A DNA stretch of 64,000 nucleotides from an uncultured Clostridia bacterium. GTDB taxonomy: Bacteria > Bacillota > Clostridia > Christensenellales > Borkfalkiaceae. This document shows, piece by piece, positions 29,385-37,922 of this stretch; within the stretch, counting starts at the first letter, position 1, and each line of letters starts with the position of its first letter. Position numbers and translations under genes: made by a program. The notes under the pieces were generated by a model. That model saw only the letters and a list, made by a program, of their open reading frames with translations. It did not search any database and was not told the DNA's origin. The stretch is from the NCBI GenBank assembly GCA_959605945.1, contig CAUHGY010000001.1, positions 3,413-67,412 of the forward strand. The letters run 5' to 3'.

Positions 29385-29638
29385 TGCAGTGATGGAAAAT
29401 ACTCGTCAAATTGCGTTTCAGAGAGCCGGCGGCAGGTGAAAGCCGGTATCGCGTTGATGCGTTCTCGTTCCGGAGCAGGAGTTGCGAAAACCGAGATTAC
29501 GTTTTATCAGGTAATATTTGTCGATAGTTACTCCCGGCGGCGCCGTTATACGTTTAAATGAGAGATTGCATATCGCAATAATATGGGTGGTACCGCGGTC
29601 ATTCCGTCCCTGACTTATAAAAAGTCAGGGATTTTTTT
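29385..29638 (+). promoter_or_regulatory. T-box riboswitch leader 2 (transcription attenuation type), putative specifier CUC (Leu)
   Basis: K-turn (UGC-AGU-GA...GA-GCA), AG bulge AGAGA, distal loop GGCAGGUGAAA, stem III AUUGC/GCAAU, T-box AUAUGGGUGGUACCGCGG (29581-29598). Terminator CCCTGACTT/AAGTCAGGG plus T7 (29608-29638) competes with the antiterminator GGG-UGGUACC-GCGG...CCGU-CCC. Confidence 0.88.
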
Positions 29639-29670
29639 AAATATAAAATACTGTTATTTGAGGTTCTGAT

Positions 29671-31080
29671 ATGAAGGAAATAATTGTTAGCGACGTAACG
29701 CTTAAAGAATTAAACCGATCGGACGTTTTGTCGCTCGGGTTTAAAGAGAAGCTGGAGATAGCAAAAAAAATAAGCGAACTTTCCGTAGACGTTATCGAAC
29801 TGTTTCCCGCAGCAGGAAATAAAGCGGATGAAATATTGGTCAAGACCATTTCCGCTTGCATAAATAACAGAATAATTGCCTGTACGGCAGGTTATACCGA
29901 AAACGATCTTAAAAACAATTACGCGCTTATAAGCGGAGCGAAAAATAAACGCATCATAATAAGCATTCCGGTTTCGCCCGTGCAGATAGAATATGTTTTA
30001 AACAAAAAGCCTCAAGCAGTATTGGATTTGCTTGCAGAGCTCACCGAAAAAGCTGCGGAGCTTTGTTCGGATGTGGAAGTCTCGCTCGAAGACGCTACGC
30101 GCGCCGAAACGTCTTTTTTGCAACAGGCACTAAAAACGGCAATCTGCCGCGGAGCTAAAACCGTTACTCTGACAGATGCTGCGGGGCAGATGCTTCCGTC
30201 TGAATTCAAGGAATTCTTAGAGGATATGTATAATGCGGTGCCCGAACTGAAAGACGTGAAACTTGCGGTAATGATTTCCGATGCATATTCTATGGCAAAC
30301 GCCGGCCTTTTTAATGCGGTTGCCGCAGGCGCTGCCGAAGTAAAGGTCTCGGCCGTTGCAAGCCTCGGCGTTGCCAAAACCGAAAATTTCATAAGATCTA
30401 TGGAAACTATCGGCGTTAAAAAAGGCTATGCATGCAACCTGAACAAGACCGGTGCAATGCGAATAATAAAGCAAATAGCTCAAATCGCTGCGGAAAAAAG
30501 CGCTTATACGGCATTCGGCAGCGTAGTTGGCGAAAAAAATGAAGATATAGATAAAAACGTTTCCGAAGTAGAACTCAGCGAAATAATACAGCGGTTAGGT
30601 TATGATCTTGCGCCTGAAGATATTAAAAAGGTTTATTCTGAATTTTCTCTTCTTGCCGAGAAAAAGCAAGTCGGCATAAAGGAACTTGATGCCATAATCG
30701 CGAATACCGCGTTGCAAGTTCCCGCAACTTATTCCATCGAAAATTTTTCTGTCAGCATAAACAATACAGGCGCGGCCATGGCAGGAGTGACTCTTTTGTC
30801 GGACGGTAAACTCACGAGCGGCCTGTCTTACGGCAACGGCTCCATCGACGCGGCTTTTCTGGCTATAGAAAACATAACGGGAAGGCATTTCGATCTTGAC
30901 GATTTTGAAGTTACGGCAGTTACCGAAGGGAAGGAAGCCATGGGGCAGACGGTGATTAAACTCCGCAGCGGCGGAAAACTTTATTCCGGCCGCGGTATAT
31001 CAACCGATATAGTCGGTGCAAGCATAAAAGCTTATGTAAACGCACTCAACAAAATAGTATATGAGGAACAGCACAGATGA
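29671..31080 (+). CDS. 2-isopropylmalate synthase (LeuA) homolog with a degenerate catalytic barrel and a conserved LeuA-dimer/regulatory domain
   Basis: Aligns by eye with LeuA along its full length (EDATR retained). RDGEQ is replaced by KELNR (res 12-16), HxH by M-I-S (res 201-203), and HESGIH is absent. The C-terminal GNGSIDAAFLAIENITG...VTEGKEAMGQ...GRGISTDIVGASIKAYVNALNK is highly LeuA-like. Confidence 0.75.
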   Translation: MKEIIVSDVTLKELNRSDVLSLGFKEKLEIAKKISELSVDVIELFPAAGNKADEILVKTISACINNRIIACTAGYTENDLKNNYALISGAKNKRIIISIPVSPVQIEYVLNKKPQAVLDLLAELTEKAAELCSDVEVSLEDATRAETSFLQQALKTAICRGAKTVTLTDAAGQMLPSEFKEFLEDMYNAVPELKDVKLAVMISDAYSMANAGLFNAVAAGAAEVKVSAVASLGVAKTENFIRSMETIGVKKGYACNLNKTGAMRIIKQIAQIAAEKSAYTAFGSVVGEKNEDIDKNVSEVELSEIIQRLGYDLAPEDIKKVYSEFSLLAEKKQVGIKELDAIIANTALQVPATYSIENFSVSINNTGAAMAGVTLLSDGKLTSGLSYGNGSIDAAFLAIENITGRHFDLDDFEVTAVTEGKEAMGQTVIKLRSGGKLYSGRGISTDIVGASIKAYVNALNKIVYEEQHR

Positions 31081-33590
31081 AACTTTCTTTTTCGACTAAC
31101 GGATGGAATCTGGGATTTTCCCAGCTCGTCAGATTATGCGGCGAAAATAAGATTTCGGGGCTTGAAATACACGATGTGGATTCGCCTTGTTTTCAAAAAG
31201 AGAATCCTTTCGGAAAAAATAATCTGCCAAAAACAAAAAGAATTCTTTTTGAAAGCGGAATAAGCATTTCTTGCCTTGATTCGGTCGGTAACTTCGCTAA
31301 TTTTTCTGCCGAAGAAGAGAATATTGCGGAAATCGTAAAACTTATAGAACTATCAAAAGAACTCGGCTGTAAATACGTCAGACTTCACGCTTACAATATA
31401 GAGGGTTCAGAGATTTCTGCAGAAGATTGTAATTCCCGTTTGATGATAATTTTGCCGCGGCTTATAGAGTCTGCAAAGAAAAACGATGTGACGCTGCTTT
31501 TTGAATCAATGGGCATTTATGCGGATACCGCAAAACTTGCAGGATTATTGAATTCTTTTGCCAGCGATAACTTTGCGGCGCTGTGGGATATTCACCATAC
31601 TAATTTTTATGCAAAAGAAAGTCCGGAATCGTCGGTTAAAAATCTTGGAAAGCACATAAAACATCTGCACATTAAAGACAGCTCTCTGATTGGCGGAAAA
31701 CTTTCCTTTTGCCTGTTGGGTGAAGGCGATTTGCCCATAAAACAGGTATTTAACAGCCTGCGCTCTATAAATTACGAAGGGTTCGTATCGCTTGAACTTA
31801 TGCAGGAATGGTTGGAAACCATCGGCGAACCGGACATCGTTTTACCGCAGTTTGCAAGCTATATGGGAACATTCGAGAGCGTGCCTTCCTGGCAGAATAA
31901 GCTCTATGACAATAAGAGAAAGACGGGTAAATTTATATGGGAGAAAGAAACGCTTATCGAACGCACTTTTTCTCAGGTTCTTGATAAAGTAACGGAAGAA
32001 TTTCCCGACCAGATAGCTTTTAAATACACTACGCTCGATTATACCCGAACATATTCGGAATTCCGCGACGAAGTAGATATTGTTGCGAGAGCGCTGATGG
32101 CTATAGGCGTTCGTAAAGGCGACCACGTTGCGGTGTGGGCAACAAATGTTCCTGAATGGTATCTTACGTTTTGGGCGACAACCAAAATCGGCGCCGTGCT
32201 TGTTACCGTGAACACCGCTTATAAAGTACATGAGGCGGAATATCTGTTGAAACAGTCGGATACTCACACGCTGGTTATGATTAAGGGCTGGAGAGATTCC
32301 GATTACGCCGGTATAATAAACGAACTCTGTCCCGAACTGAAAGATTTGAAAAAAGGCGAATCCCTGCACGCAAAGAGACTTCCGTTTCTTCGCAATGTCG
32401 TGACGGTGGGATTCAGGCAGAAAGGGTGTCTTGAATTTTCCGAAATGATGGAGTTAGCGAAAAACGTTCCGCAGGAAAAAATGCAGATGGTTGCAAATAC
32501 CGTAGGGGTGAACGACGTCTGTAATATGCAGTATACTTCCGGTACCACGGGATTTCCTAAAGGCGTCATGCTGACGCATTATAATATTGTTAATAACGGG
32601 AAATGCATAGGCGACAGAATGGATCTTTCGACAGCCGACAGAATGATGATACAGGTTCCTATGTTCCACTGTTTCGGAATGGTACTTGCCATGACGGCGT
32701 CAATCACGCACGGAGTTTCCATATATCCGTTGCCGTATTTTTCGCCGAAGCCTGCGCTTGCATGCATAAATCAGGAGCAGATAACGTGTTTCCACGGCGT
32801 TCCGACTATGTTTATAGCTATGCTCGCCCATGACGATTTCCCGAAAACAGACTTTTCCCATATGCGTACGGGCATAATGGCGGGAAGTCCCTGTCCGGTA
32901 GCCGTAATGCAGGATGTAATAGATAAAATGCATATGACGGAGATAACTATAGTCTACGGGCAGACCGAAGCATCGCCCGGGTGCACGATGTCGAGCACGG
33001 AAGACAGTATAGAAGTCCGTGTTGAAACGGTCGGCAGACCCCTTCCGAGCATAGAATGTAAAATCGTTGATCCGGAAACCAACAGAGAAGTGCCTGATAA
33101 CACGGTCGGAGAGTTTGTTGCACGCGGTTATAACCTTATGAAAGGCTATTATAAAATGCCTAACGAGACGGCAAAAGCAATAGACTCGGAAGGGTGGCTG
33201 CACACAGGCGACCTTGCTCTCAGAATGCCGGACGGCAATTTCCGAATAACCGGCAGACTTAAGGATATGATAATCCGTGGCGGGGAGAATCTTTATCCGA
33301 AAGAAATAGAAGATTTTCTCTATACTCACCCAAAGGTGTCGGACGTGCAGGTTGTCGGCGTGCCTGACGAAAAATACGGTGAAGAGGCGTATGCCTATGT
33401 AATTCTGAAAGAGGGCGAAACCCTTACGGAAAATGAATTGCGCGAATATTGCGTAGCAAGCATTGCAAAACATAAAGTACCGAGATATTTTGATTTTGTA
33501 AGCAGTTTTCCGATGAACGTCGCAGGGAAAATATTGAAATATAAAATGCGGGAAGACGCTGCGGAAAAAATAAAGAATTTAAAAAAATAA
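31077..33590 (+). CDS. Fusion: xylose-isomerase-like TIM barrel (sugar phosphate isomerase/epimerase family) plus AMP-dependent acyl-CoA ligase (FadD-like)
   Basis: Residues 1 to ~270 show the PF01261-type pattern (LFES, WDIHH, HLHIKD, GEGDLP, GFVSLEL). Residues ~290-837 have YTSGTTGFPKGVMLTH, YGQTE, GWLHTGDLA, GRLKDMIIRGGENLYPKEIE, GKILK. Single ORF with an ATGA overlap with the upstream gene. Confidence 0.8.
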   Translation: MKLSFSTNGWNLGFSQLVRLCGENKISGLEIHDVDSPCFQKENPFGKNNLPKTKRILFESGISISCLDSVGNFANFSAEEENIAEIVKLIELSKELGCKYVRLHAYNIEGSEISAEDCNSRLMIILPRLIESAKKNDVTLLFESMGIYADTAKLAGLLNSFASDNFAALWDIHHTNFYAKESPESSVKNLGKHIKHLHIKDSSLIGGKLSFCLLGEGDLPIKQVFNSLRSINYEGFVSLELMQEWLETIGEPDIVLPQFASYMGTFESVPSWQNKLYDNKRKTGKFIWEKETLIERTFSQVLDKVTEEFPDQIAFKYTTLDYTRTYSEFRDEVDIVARALMAIGVRKGDHVAVWATNVPEWYLTFWATTKIGAVLVTVNTAYKVHEAEYLLKQSDTHTLVMIKGWRDSDYAGIINELCPELKDLKKGESLHAKRLPFLRNVVTVGFRQKGCLEFSEMMELAKNVPQEKMQMVANTVGVNDVCNMQYTSGTTGFPKGVMLTHYNIVNNGKCIGDRMDLSTADRMMIQVPMFHCFGMVLAMTASITHGVSIYPLPYFSPKPALACINQEQITCFHGVPTMFIAMLAHDDFPKTDFSHMRTGIMAGSPCPVAVMQDVIDKMHMTEITIVYGQTEASPGCTMSSTEDSIEVRVETVGRPLPSIECKIVDPETNREVPDNTVGEFVARGYNLMKGYYKMPNETAKAIDSEGWLHTGDLALRMPDGNFRITGRLKDMIIRGGENLYPKEIEDFLYTHPKVSDVQVVGVPDEKYGEEAYAYVILKEGETLTENELREYCVASIAKHKVPRYFDFVSSFPMNVAGKILKYKMREDAAEKIKNLKK

Positions 33591-33603
33591 AAGGAGAACG
33601 GTC

Positions 33604-34668
33604 ATGGAGATAAAAATACAGAAAGCCGAAAAACTGAAAGAAAAACCCGATTTTTCGAATCTGGGTTTCGGTAAATATTTTACCGATCATATGTTTGTTA
33701 TGGATTATTCGGACAAGGAAGGCTGGCACGACGCGAGAATAATTCCTTTCGGGTATATTCCGATTCATCCTGCAAGTACCGTACTGCACTACGGTGCGGA
33801 AATATTTGAGGGTATGAAGGCATATAAGACCGAAGACGGTTATCAGATGTTCAGACCTTATGAAAATGCAAAGCGTTTCAACAATTCCGCAGAGAGAATG
33901 TGTTTGCCGCAGATTGACGAGGAATTATTCGTTAAATCGATAACCGAGCTTATAAACATCGATTACAGCTGGATTCCCGACTCCGAAGGCGCATCGCTTT
34001 ATATTCGCCCCTTCATGTTCGGAAATGACGAAAGCCTTGGAGTTCACGCTGTTCACAATGCGACTTATGTTGTCATTCTTTCGCCGGTCGGAAGCTATTA
34101 TAAAGAAGGTCTGAATCCCGTGAAAATCACTATAGAAGATGAAGACGTGAGAGCAGTCCGCGGCGGTACAGGCTATGCAAAGTGCGGCGGCAATTATGCG
34201 GCCAGCATGCGTGCGGGGCAGCGCGCCGAGAAAAAAGGTTTTACTCAGGTGCTTTGGCTTGACGGCGTGGAAAGAAAATATATCGAAGAAGTCGGCGCCA
34301 TGAACGTTATGTTCAAAATAGACGGGGAAATCGTTACTCCCAAACTTACGGGATCGGTTCTTCCCGGCATAACGAGAAAATCTTGCATTGAAATGCTCAG
34401 AAGCTGGGGTTATAATGTTAATGAAAGATTGTTGTCTGTCGACGAACTTATAGGCGCTGCCGAAAACGGAAAGCTTGAAGAAGCCTGGGGAACAGGCACG
34501 GCTGCAGTGGTTTCTCCCATAGGATTGCTGTCGTATAAAGGCAAAGATCACGTGGTGTCGCAAAATAAAATAGGCGCGCTTACGCAGAAACTTTATGATG
34601 AGCTTACGGGAATGCAGTGGGGTAAAAAACCCGATGCTTTCGGCTGGTGTTATAAGGTAAAAATTTGA
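33604..34668 (+). CDS. ilvE: Branched-chain amino acid aminotransferase (fold-type IV, long form)
   Basis: 354 aa. Typical IlvE blocks FGKYFTDHMF, LHYGAEIFEGMKAY, YIRPFMFG, GGTGYAKCGGNYA, EVGAMNVMF, VLPGITR, GTAAVVSPI. Confidence 0.9.
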   Translation: MEIKIQKAEKLKEKPDFSNLGFGKYFTDHMFVMDYSDKEGWHDARIIPFGYIPIHPASTVLHYGAEIFEGMKAYKTEDGYQMFRPYENAKRFNNSAERMCLPQIDEELFVKSITELINIDYSWIPDSEGASLYIRPFMFGNDESLGVHAVHNATYVVILSPVGSYYKEGLNPVKITIEDEDVRAVRGGTGYAKCGGNYAASMRAGQRAEKKGFTQVLWLDGVERKYIEEVGAMNVMFKIDGEIVTPKLTGSVLPGITRKSCIEMLRSWGYNVNERLLSVDELIGAAENGKLEEAWGTGTAAVVSPIGLLSYKGKDHVVSQNKIGALTQKLYDELTGMQWGKKPDAFGWCYKVKI

Positions 34669-35336
34669 TGAACGCAAAACGGATAACGCTGTTTGCCGGG
34701 CACTACGGCAGCGGCAAAACCAATGTGGCGGTAAACTTTGCGTGCAGCCTTGCGAAAGACGGTAAGAGAACGGTAATTTACGATCTCGATATAGTAAATC
34801 CGTATTTCAGGACGATAGACGCGAAAAAATTTCTCGACGAATGCGGCGTTGAACTTGTTGTATCGCCGTACGCCGAAACTAATGTGGATATACCGGCAAT
34901 GAATGCCGCGTCTTACCGTATGGTGGACGATCTTGAAAGTTATGCCGTCGTGGATATCGGGGGCGACGACCGCGGTGCGTATGCACTCGGCAGATTTTCC
35001 GAAAAGATAAAAGCCGAAAATAATTATGATATGCTGCTTGTAATCAACAGATTTCGCCCTGAAACACGTACTGTTGAAAACCTTGCGGAAATTAAAGACG
35101 AAATAGAAAGAGCAGCGAAAATAAAATTTACGGGTATTGTGGATAATTCCAATCTCGGAGCCGAAACAACGCTGGAAACGATTGAAGAAAACAGGGCTTT
35201 TGCCCTTGAATCGTCGGAAAAATTCATGTTACCTGTTGTGTTTACTTCGATAAACAGCGAGCTGTTAAAAAATCGAAAAAATATCAGAGAAGACATATTG
35301 CCCGTCAGTTTGATAAAGTACGGCGATTGGCAATAG
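34668..35336 (+). CDS. P-loop NTPase of unknown function (SIMIBI-like)
   Basis: Walker A GHYGSGKT near the N-terminus and a Walker-B-like VVDIGGDD. TGATG overlap with the ilvE stop. Sits immediately upstream of the OFOR genes. Confidence 0.55.
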   Translation: MNAKRITLFAGHYGSGKTNVAVNFACSLAKDGKRTVIYDLDIVNPYFRTIDAKKFLDECGVELVVSPYAETNVDIPAMNAASYRMVDDLESYAVVDIGGDDRGAYALGRFSEKIKAENNYDMLLVINRFRPETRTVENLAEIKDEIERAAKIKFTGIVDNSNLGAETTLETIEENRAFALESSEKFMLPVVFTSINSELLKNRKNIREDILPVSLIKYGDWQ

Positions 35337-35346
35337 AGGAGAAAAA

Positions 35347-35553
35347 ATGGCGAAAGTTACTTTTAACGTTGAACGCTGCAAGGGATGCGGACTGTGTGAA
35401 ATGGTTTGTCCGAAACATATTATTTCTCTTGCACAGGAAAAGATTAACACGAAGGGCTATCATCCTGCTGAAGTTACAGATGCAAATAAGTGCATAGGGT
35501 GCGCATTTTGCGCCACTATGTGTCCGGACAGCGTAATTACGGTGGAAAAATAG
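35347..35553 (+). CDS. 2-oxoacid:ferredoxin oxidoreductase delta subunit (2x[4Fe-4S] ferredoxin)
   Basis: CKGCGLCEMVCP and CIGCAFCATMCP. 68 aa. Positioned before the alpha subunit. Confidence 0.85.
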   Translation: MAKVTFNVERCKGCGLCEMVCPKHIISLAQEKINTKGYHPAEVTDANKCIGCAFCATMCPDSVITVEK

Positions 35554-35562
35554 AGGTGAAAT

Positions 35563-36633
35563 ATGTCAGATAAAGTTTTAATGAAAGGAAACGAGGCGCT
35601 GGCAGAAGCTGCCATTATGGCGGGATGCAGATATTATTTCGGCTATCCTATAACTCCGCAGACCGAAGTCGCCGCATATATGTCAAGACGCATGCCTAAA
35701 ATCGGCGGAACGTTCTTGCAGGCGGAATCGGAAATTGCCGCTATCAACATGGTTATAGGCGTATCGTCATGCGGAAAACGCGTCATGACGTCGAGTTCAA
35801 GTCCAGGAATATCTTTAAAAAGCGAAGGCATTTCTTATCTTGCCGGCTGTGAACTTCCCGCACTGATCGTAAATGTGCAGAGAGGAGGTCCGGGGCTCGG
35901 TGGAATTCAACCTTCTCAGTCAGACTATTTCCAGGCAACAAAAGGCGGCGGGCACGGAGACTATAAACTTATAGTTCTTGCACCGGCCTCCATCCAGGAA
36001 ATGGTCGACCTTACATTCAAAGGTTTTGACCTTGCGGATAAATACAGAATGCAGACCATGATTCTTGCGGACGGAACTATGGGGCAGATGATGGAGCCGG
36101 TAAGCTTAAATCTCGGCGAAGTGAAAGAATACGATAAAAGTTGGGCTACGACGGGAACGGCTAACCACGACGGCAGAAACGTAGTGAATTCACTCTCGCT
36201 TTCGCCTGCGCAGCTTGAAGAATGGAATATTTCGAGATACGAAAGATATAAAATAGTCGAACGCGACGAGGTTATGTTTGAAGAATTCATGATGGATGAT
36301 GCCGATTATTGCATAGTTGCATTCGGAATAGCCGCAAGAATTTCCAAAAACGCTATTCTCGAAGCGAGAAAACAAGGTCTTAAAGCGGGAATGATCCGTC
36401 CTATTACTTTATGGCCGTTCCCCAAAAACGTTCTCAAAAAAGCGGCAGAAAAAGTCAAGGCGTTTTTATCGGTCGAACTCAATATGGGGCAGATGATCGA
36501 TGATGTGAAACTTGCCGTTGAATGTTCAAAACCCGTTTATCTTTGCAACCGCACCGGCGGAATGCTTGTTTCCCCGCAGGAAGTGCTTGATAAACTTAAA
36601 GAAATTGACAAAGGAGAAGCAAAACAATGGTAG
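35563..36633 (+). CDS. vorB: 2-oxoacid:ferredoxin oxidoreductase alpha subunit, VorB-like
   Basis: LMKGNEALAEAAIMAGCRYYFGYPITPQTE, QAESEIAAINM, SSSSPGISL, RGGPGLGGIQPSQSDYFQATKGGGHGDY. Substrate assignment rests on context only. Confidence 0.8.
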   Translation: MSDKVLMKGNEALAEAAIMAGCRYYFGYPITPQTEVAAYMSRRMPKIGGTFLQAESEIAAINMVIGVSSCGKRVMTSSSSPGISLKSEGISYLAGCELPALIVNVQRGGPGLGGIQPSQSDYFQATKGGGHGDYKLIVLAPASIQEMVDLTFKGFDLADKYRMQTMILADGTMGQMMEPVSLNLGEVKEYDKSWATTGTANHDGRNVVNSLSLSPAQLEEWNISRYERYKIVERDEVMFEEFMMDDADYCIVAFGIAARISKNAILEARKQGLKAGMIRPITLWPFPKNVLKKAAEKVKAFLSVELNMGQMIDDVKLAVECSKPVYLCNRTGGMLVSPQEVLDKLKEIDKGEAKQW

Positions 36634-37373
36634 TTTTCGGAAAAACAAAGGGACTTACCGATAATCCGTTGCATTATTGTCCGGGTTGTACGCATGGTAT
36701 AATTCACAGACTTGTGGCGGAAGTTCTCGAAGAACTCGGCGTGCTCGGAAAAACGGTCGGAGTTGCGTCGGTAGGATGTTCGGTCTTTTCCTATAATTAT
36801 TTTAATTGCGATATGATACAGGCGGCTCACGGAAGAGCGCCGGCCGTTGCGACAGGGGCCAAAAGAGCAAATCCCGACAACATAGTTTTTACCTATCAGG
36901 GTGACGGCGATCTCGCTGCGATAGGTACGGCTGAAACCGTTCATTCGGCTGCCCGCAACGAAAATATAACGGTGATTTTTGTCAACAACGCCATTTACGG
37001 CATGACCGGCGGACAGATGGCGCCTACCACGCTTCCGAATCAGGTCACTCAGACTTCGCCTTACGGCAGAGATGTCACAGTGGTAGGTTACCCTGTAAAG
37101 GTATGTGAGATGCTTTCTCAGGTCGACGGTGCATCTTATCTCGAACGCGTGGCAGTAAACAATATCGCTAATATCAGGAAAGCTAAAAAAGCTATTTATC
37201 ACGCTTTTAAAAATCAGATGGAAGGTAAAGGATTTTCTCTTATAGAAGTTCTTTCAACATGTCCCACCAACTGGGGGCTTTCTCCTAAGGAAGCAATAAA
37301 ATGGCTTGACGACAATCTTGAAACTTATTATCCTCTCGGAGTATATAAGGACAAATACAAGGAGGAAAAGTAA
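36627..37373 (+). CDS. vorA: 2-oxoacid:ferredoxin oxidoreductase beta subunit (TPP-binding)
   Basis: YCPGCTHG, GDGD...NNAIYGMTGGQ (TPP/Mg motif). Overlaps the alpha-subunit gene. Confidence 0.85.
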   Translation: MVVFGKTKGLTDNPLHYCPGCTHGIIHRLVAEVLEELGVLGKTVGVASVGCSVFSYNYFNCDMIQAAHGRAPAVATGAKRANPDNIVFTYQGDGDLAAIGTAETVHSAARNENITVIFVNNAIYGMTGGQMAPTTLPNQVTQTSPYGRDVTVVGYPVKVCEMLSQVDGASYLERVAVNNIANIRKAKKAIYHAFKNQMEGKGFSLIEVLSTCPTNWGLSPKEAIKWLDDNLETYYPLGVYKDKYKEEK

Positions 37374-37913
37374 ATGGCAAAAACCACCAAGATTCTGATT
37401 GCCGGTTTCGGCGGACAGGGGATTCTGTTTGCGGGAAAAGCCTTGGCGTATACCGGGCTTAAAGCCGACATGGAAGTCAGCTGGCTTCCTTCTTACGGCC
37501 CCGAAATGCGCGGGGGAACGGCAAATTGCAGCGTGACGCTTTCAGATACTGCTATCGGATCTCCTATAGTCGATAAACCCGATATTCTGATAGCTATGAA
37601 TCTGCCTTCGCTTGAAAAATATTTTTACGAAACGGAAAAAGGCGGATACATTATATTCGACAGTTCACTGATTATCAAGCAGGATACCAGAGACGATGTT
37701 ATCACCGTTGGTATTCCTGCGACAAAGATGGCAAGTGATAACGGGCTTGATGGACTGGCGAATATGATAATGTTGGGTAAGGTAATCAAAGAAACCGGCA
37801 TCCTTACATTAGAACAGGTAAAAAACAGTCTATCGCAAATGGTTCCGGCTAAAAAGGCGGACCTTTTACAAAAAAATATCAAGGCGATAGAATTGGGTTA
37901 TAATTTTCAATAG
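37374..37913 (+). CDS. 2-oxoacid:ferredoxin oxidoreductase gamma subunit
   Basis: [29 protein letters not shown]. The start abuts the beta-subunit stop. Confidence 0.85.
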   Translation: MAKTTKILIAGFGGQGILFAGKALAYTGLKADMEVSWLPSYGPEMRGGTANCSVTLSDTAIGSPIVDKPDILIAMNLPSLEKYFYETEKGGYIIFDSSLIIKQDTRDDVITVGIPATKMASDNGLDGLANMIMLGKVIKETGILTLEQVKNSLSQMVPAKKADLLQKNIKAIELGYNFQ

Positions 37914-37922
37914 GGGGTTATT

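Noticed and set aside
31077-33590. The fusion genes (31077-33590 and 9653-11452) as frameshifted pseudogenes or assembly artefacts
   Set aside because: Both are single uninterrupted ORFs, with intact motifs in each domain and plausible linkers. Read-level confirmation is still recommended.
31842-34677. Long antisense ORFs (31842-32369, 32700-33473, 33424-33789, 33925-34677) opposite the fusion ligase and ilvE
   Set aside because: They are opposite strongly supported genes and are rich in Arg/Phe/Cys, as expected from the reverse complement of AT-rich coding sequence. They have no RBS or promoter.
36537-37202. 221-aa antisense ORF opposite the OFOR beta subunit
   Set aside because: The sense strand carries the TPP-binding motif. 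This is an antisense shadow frame.
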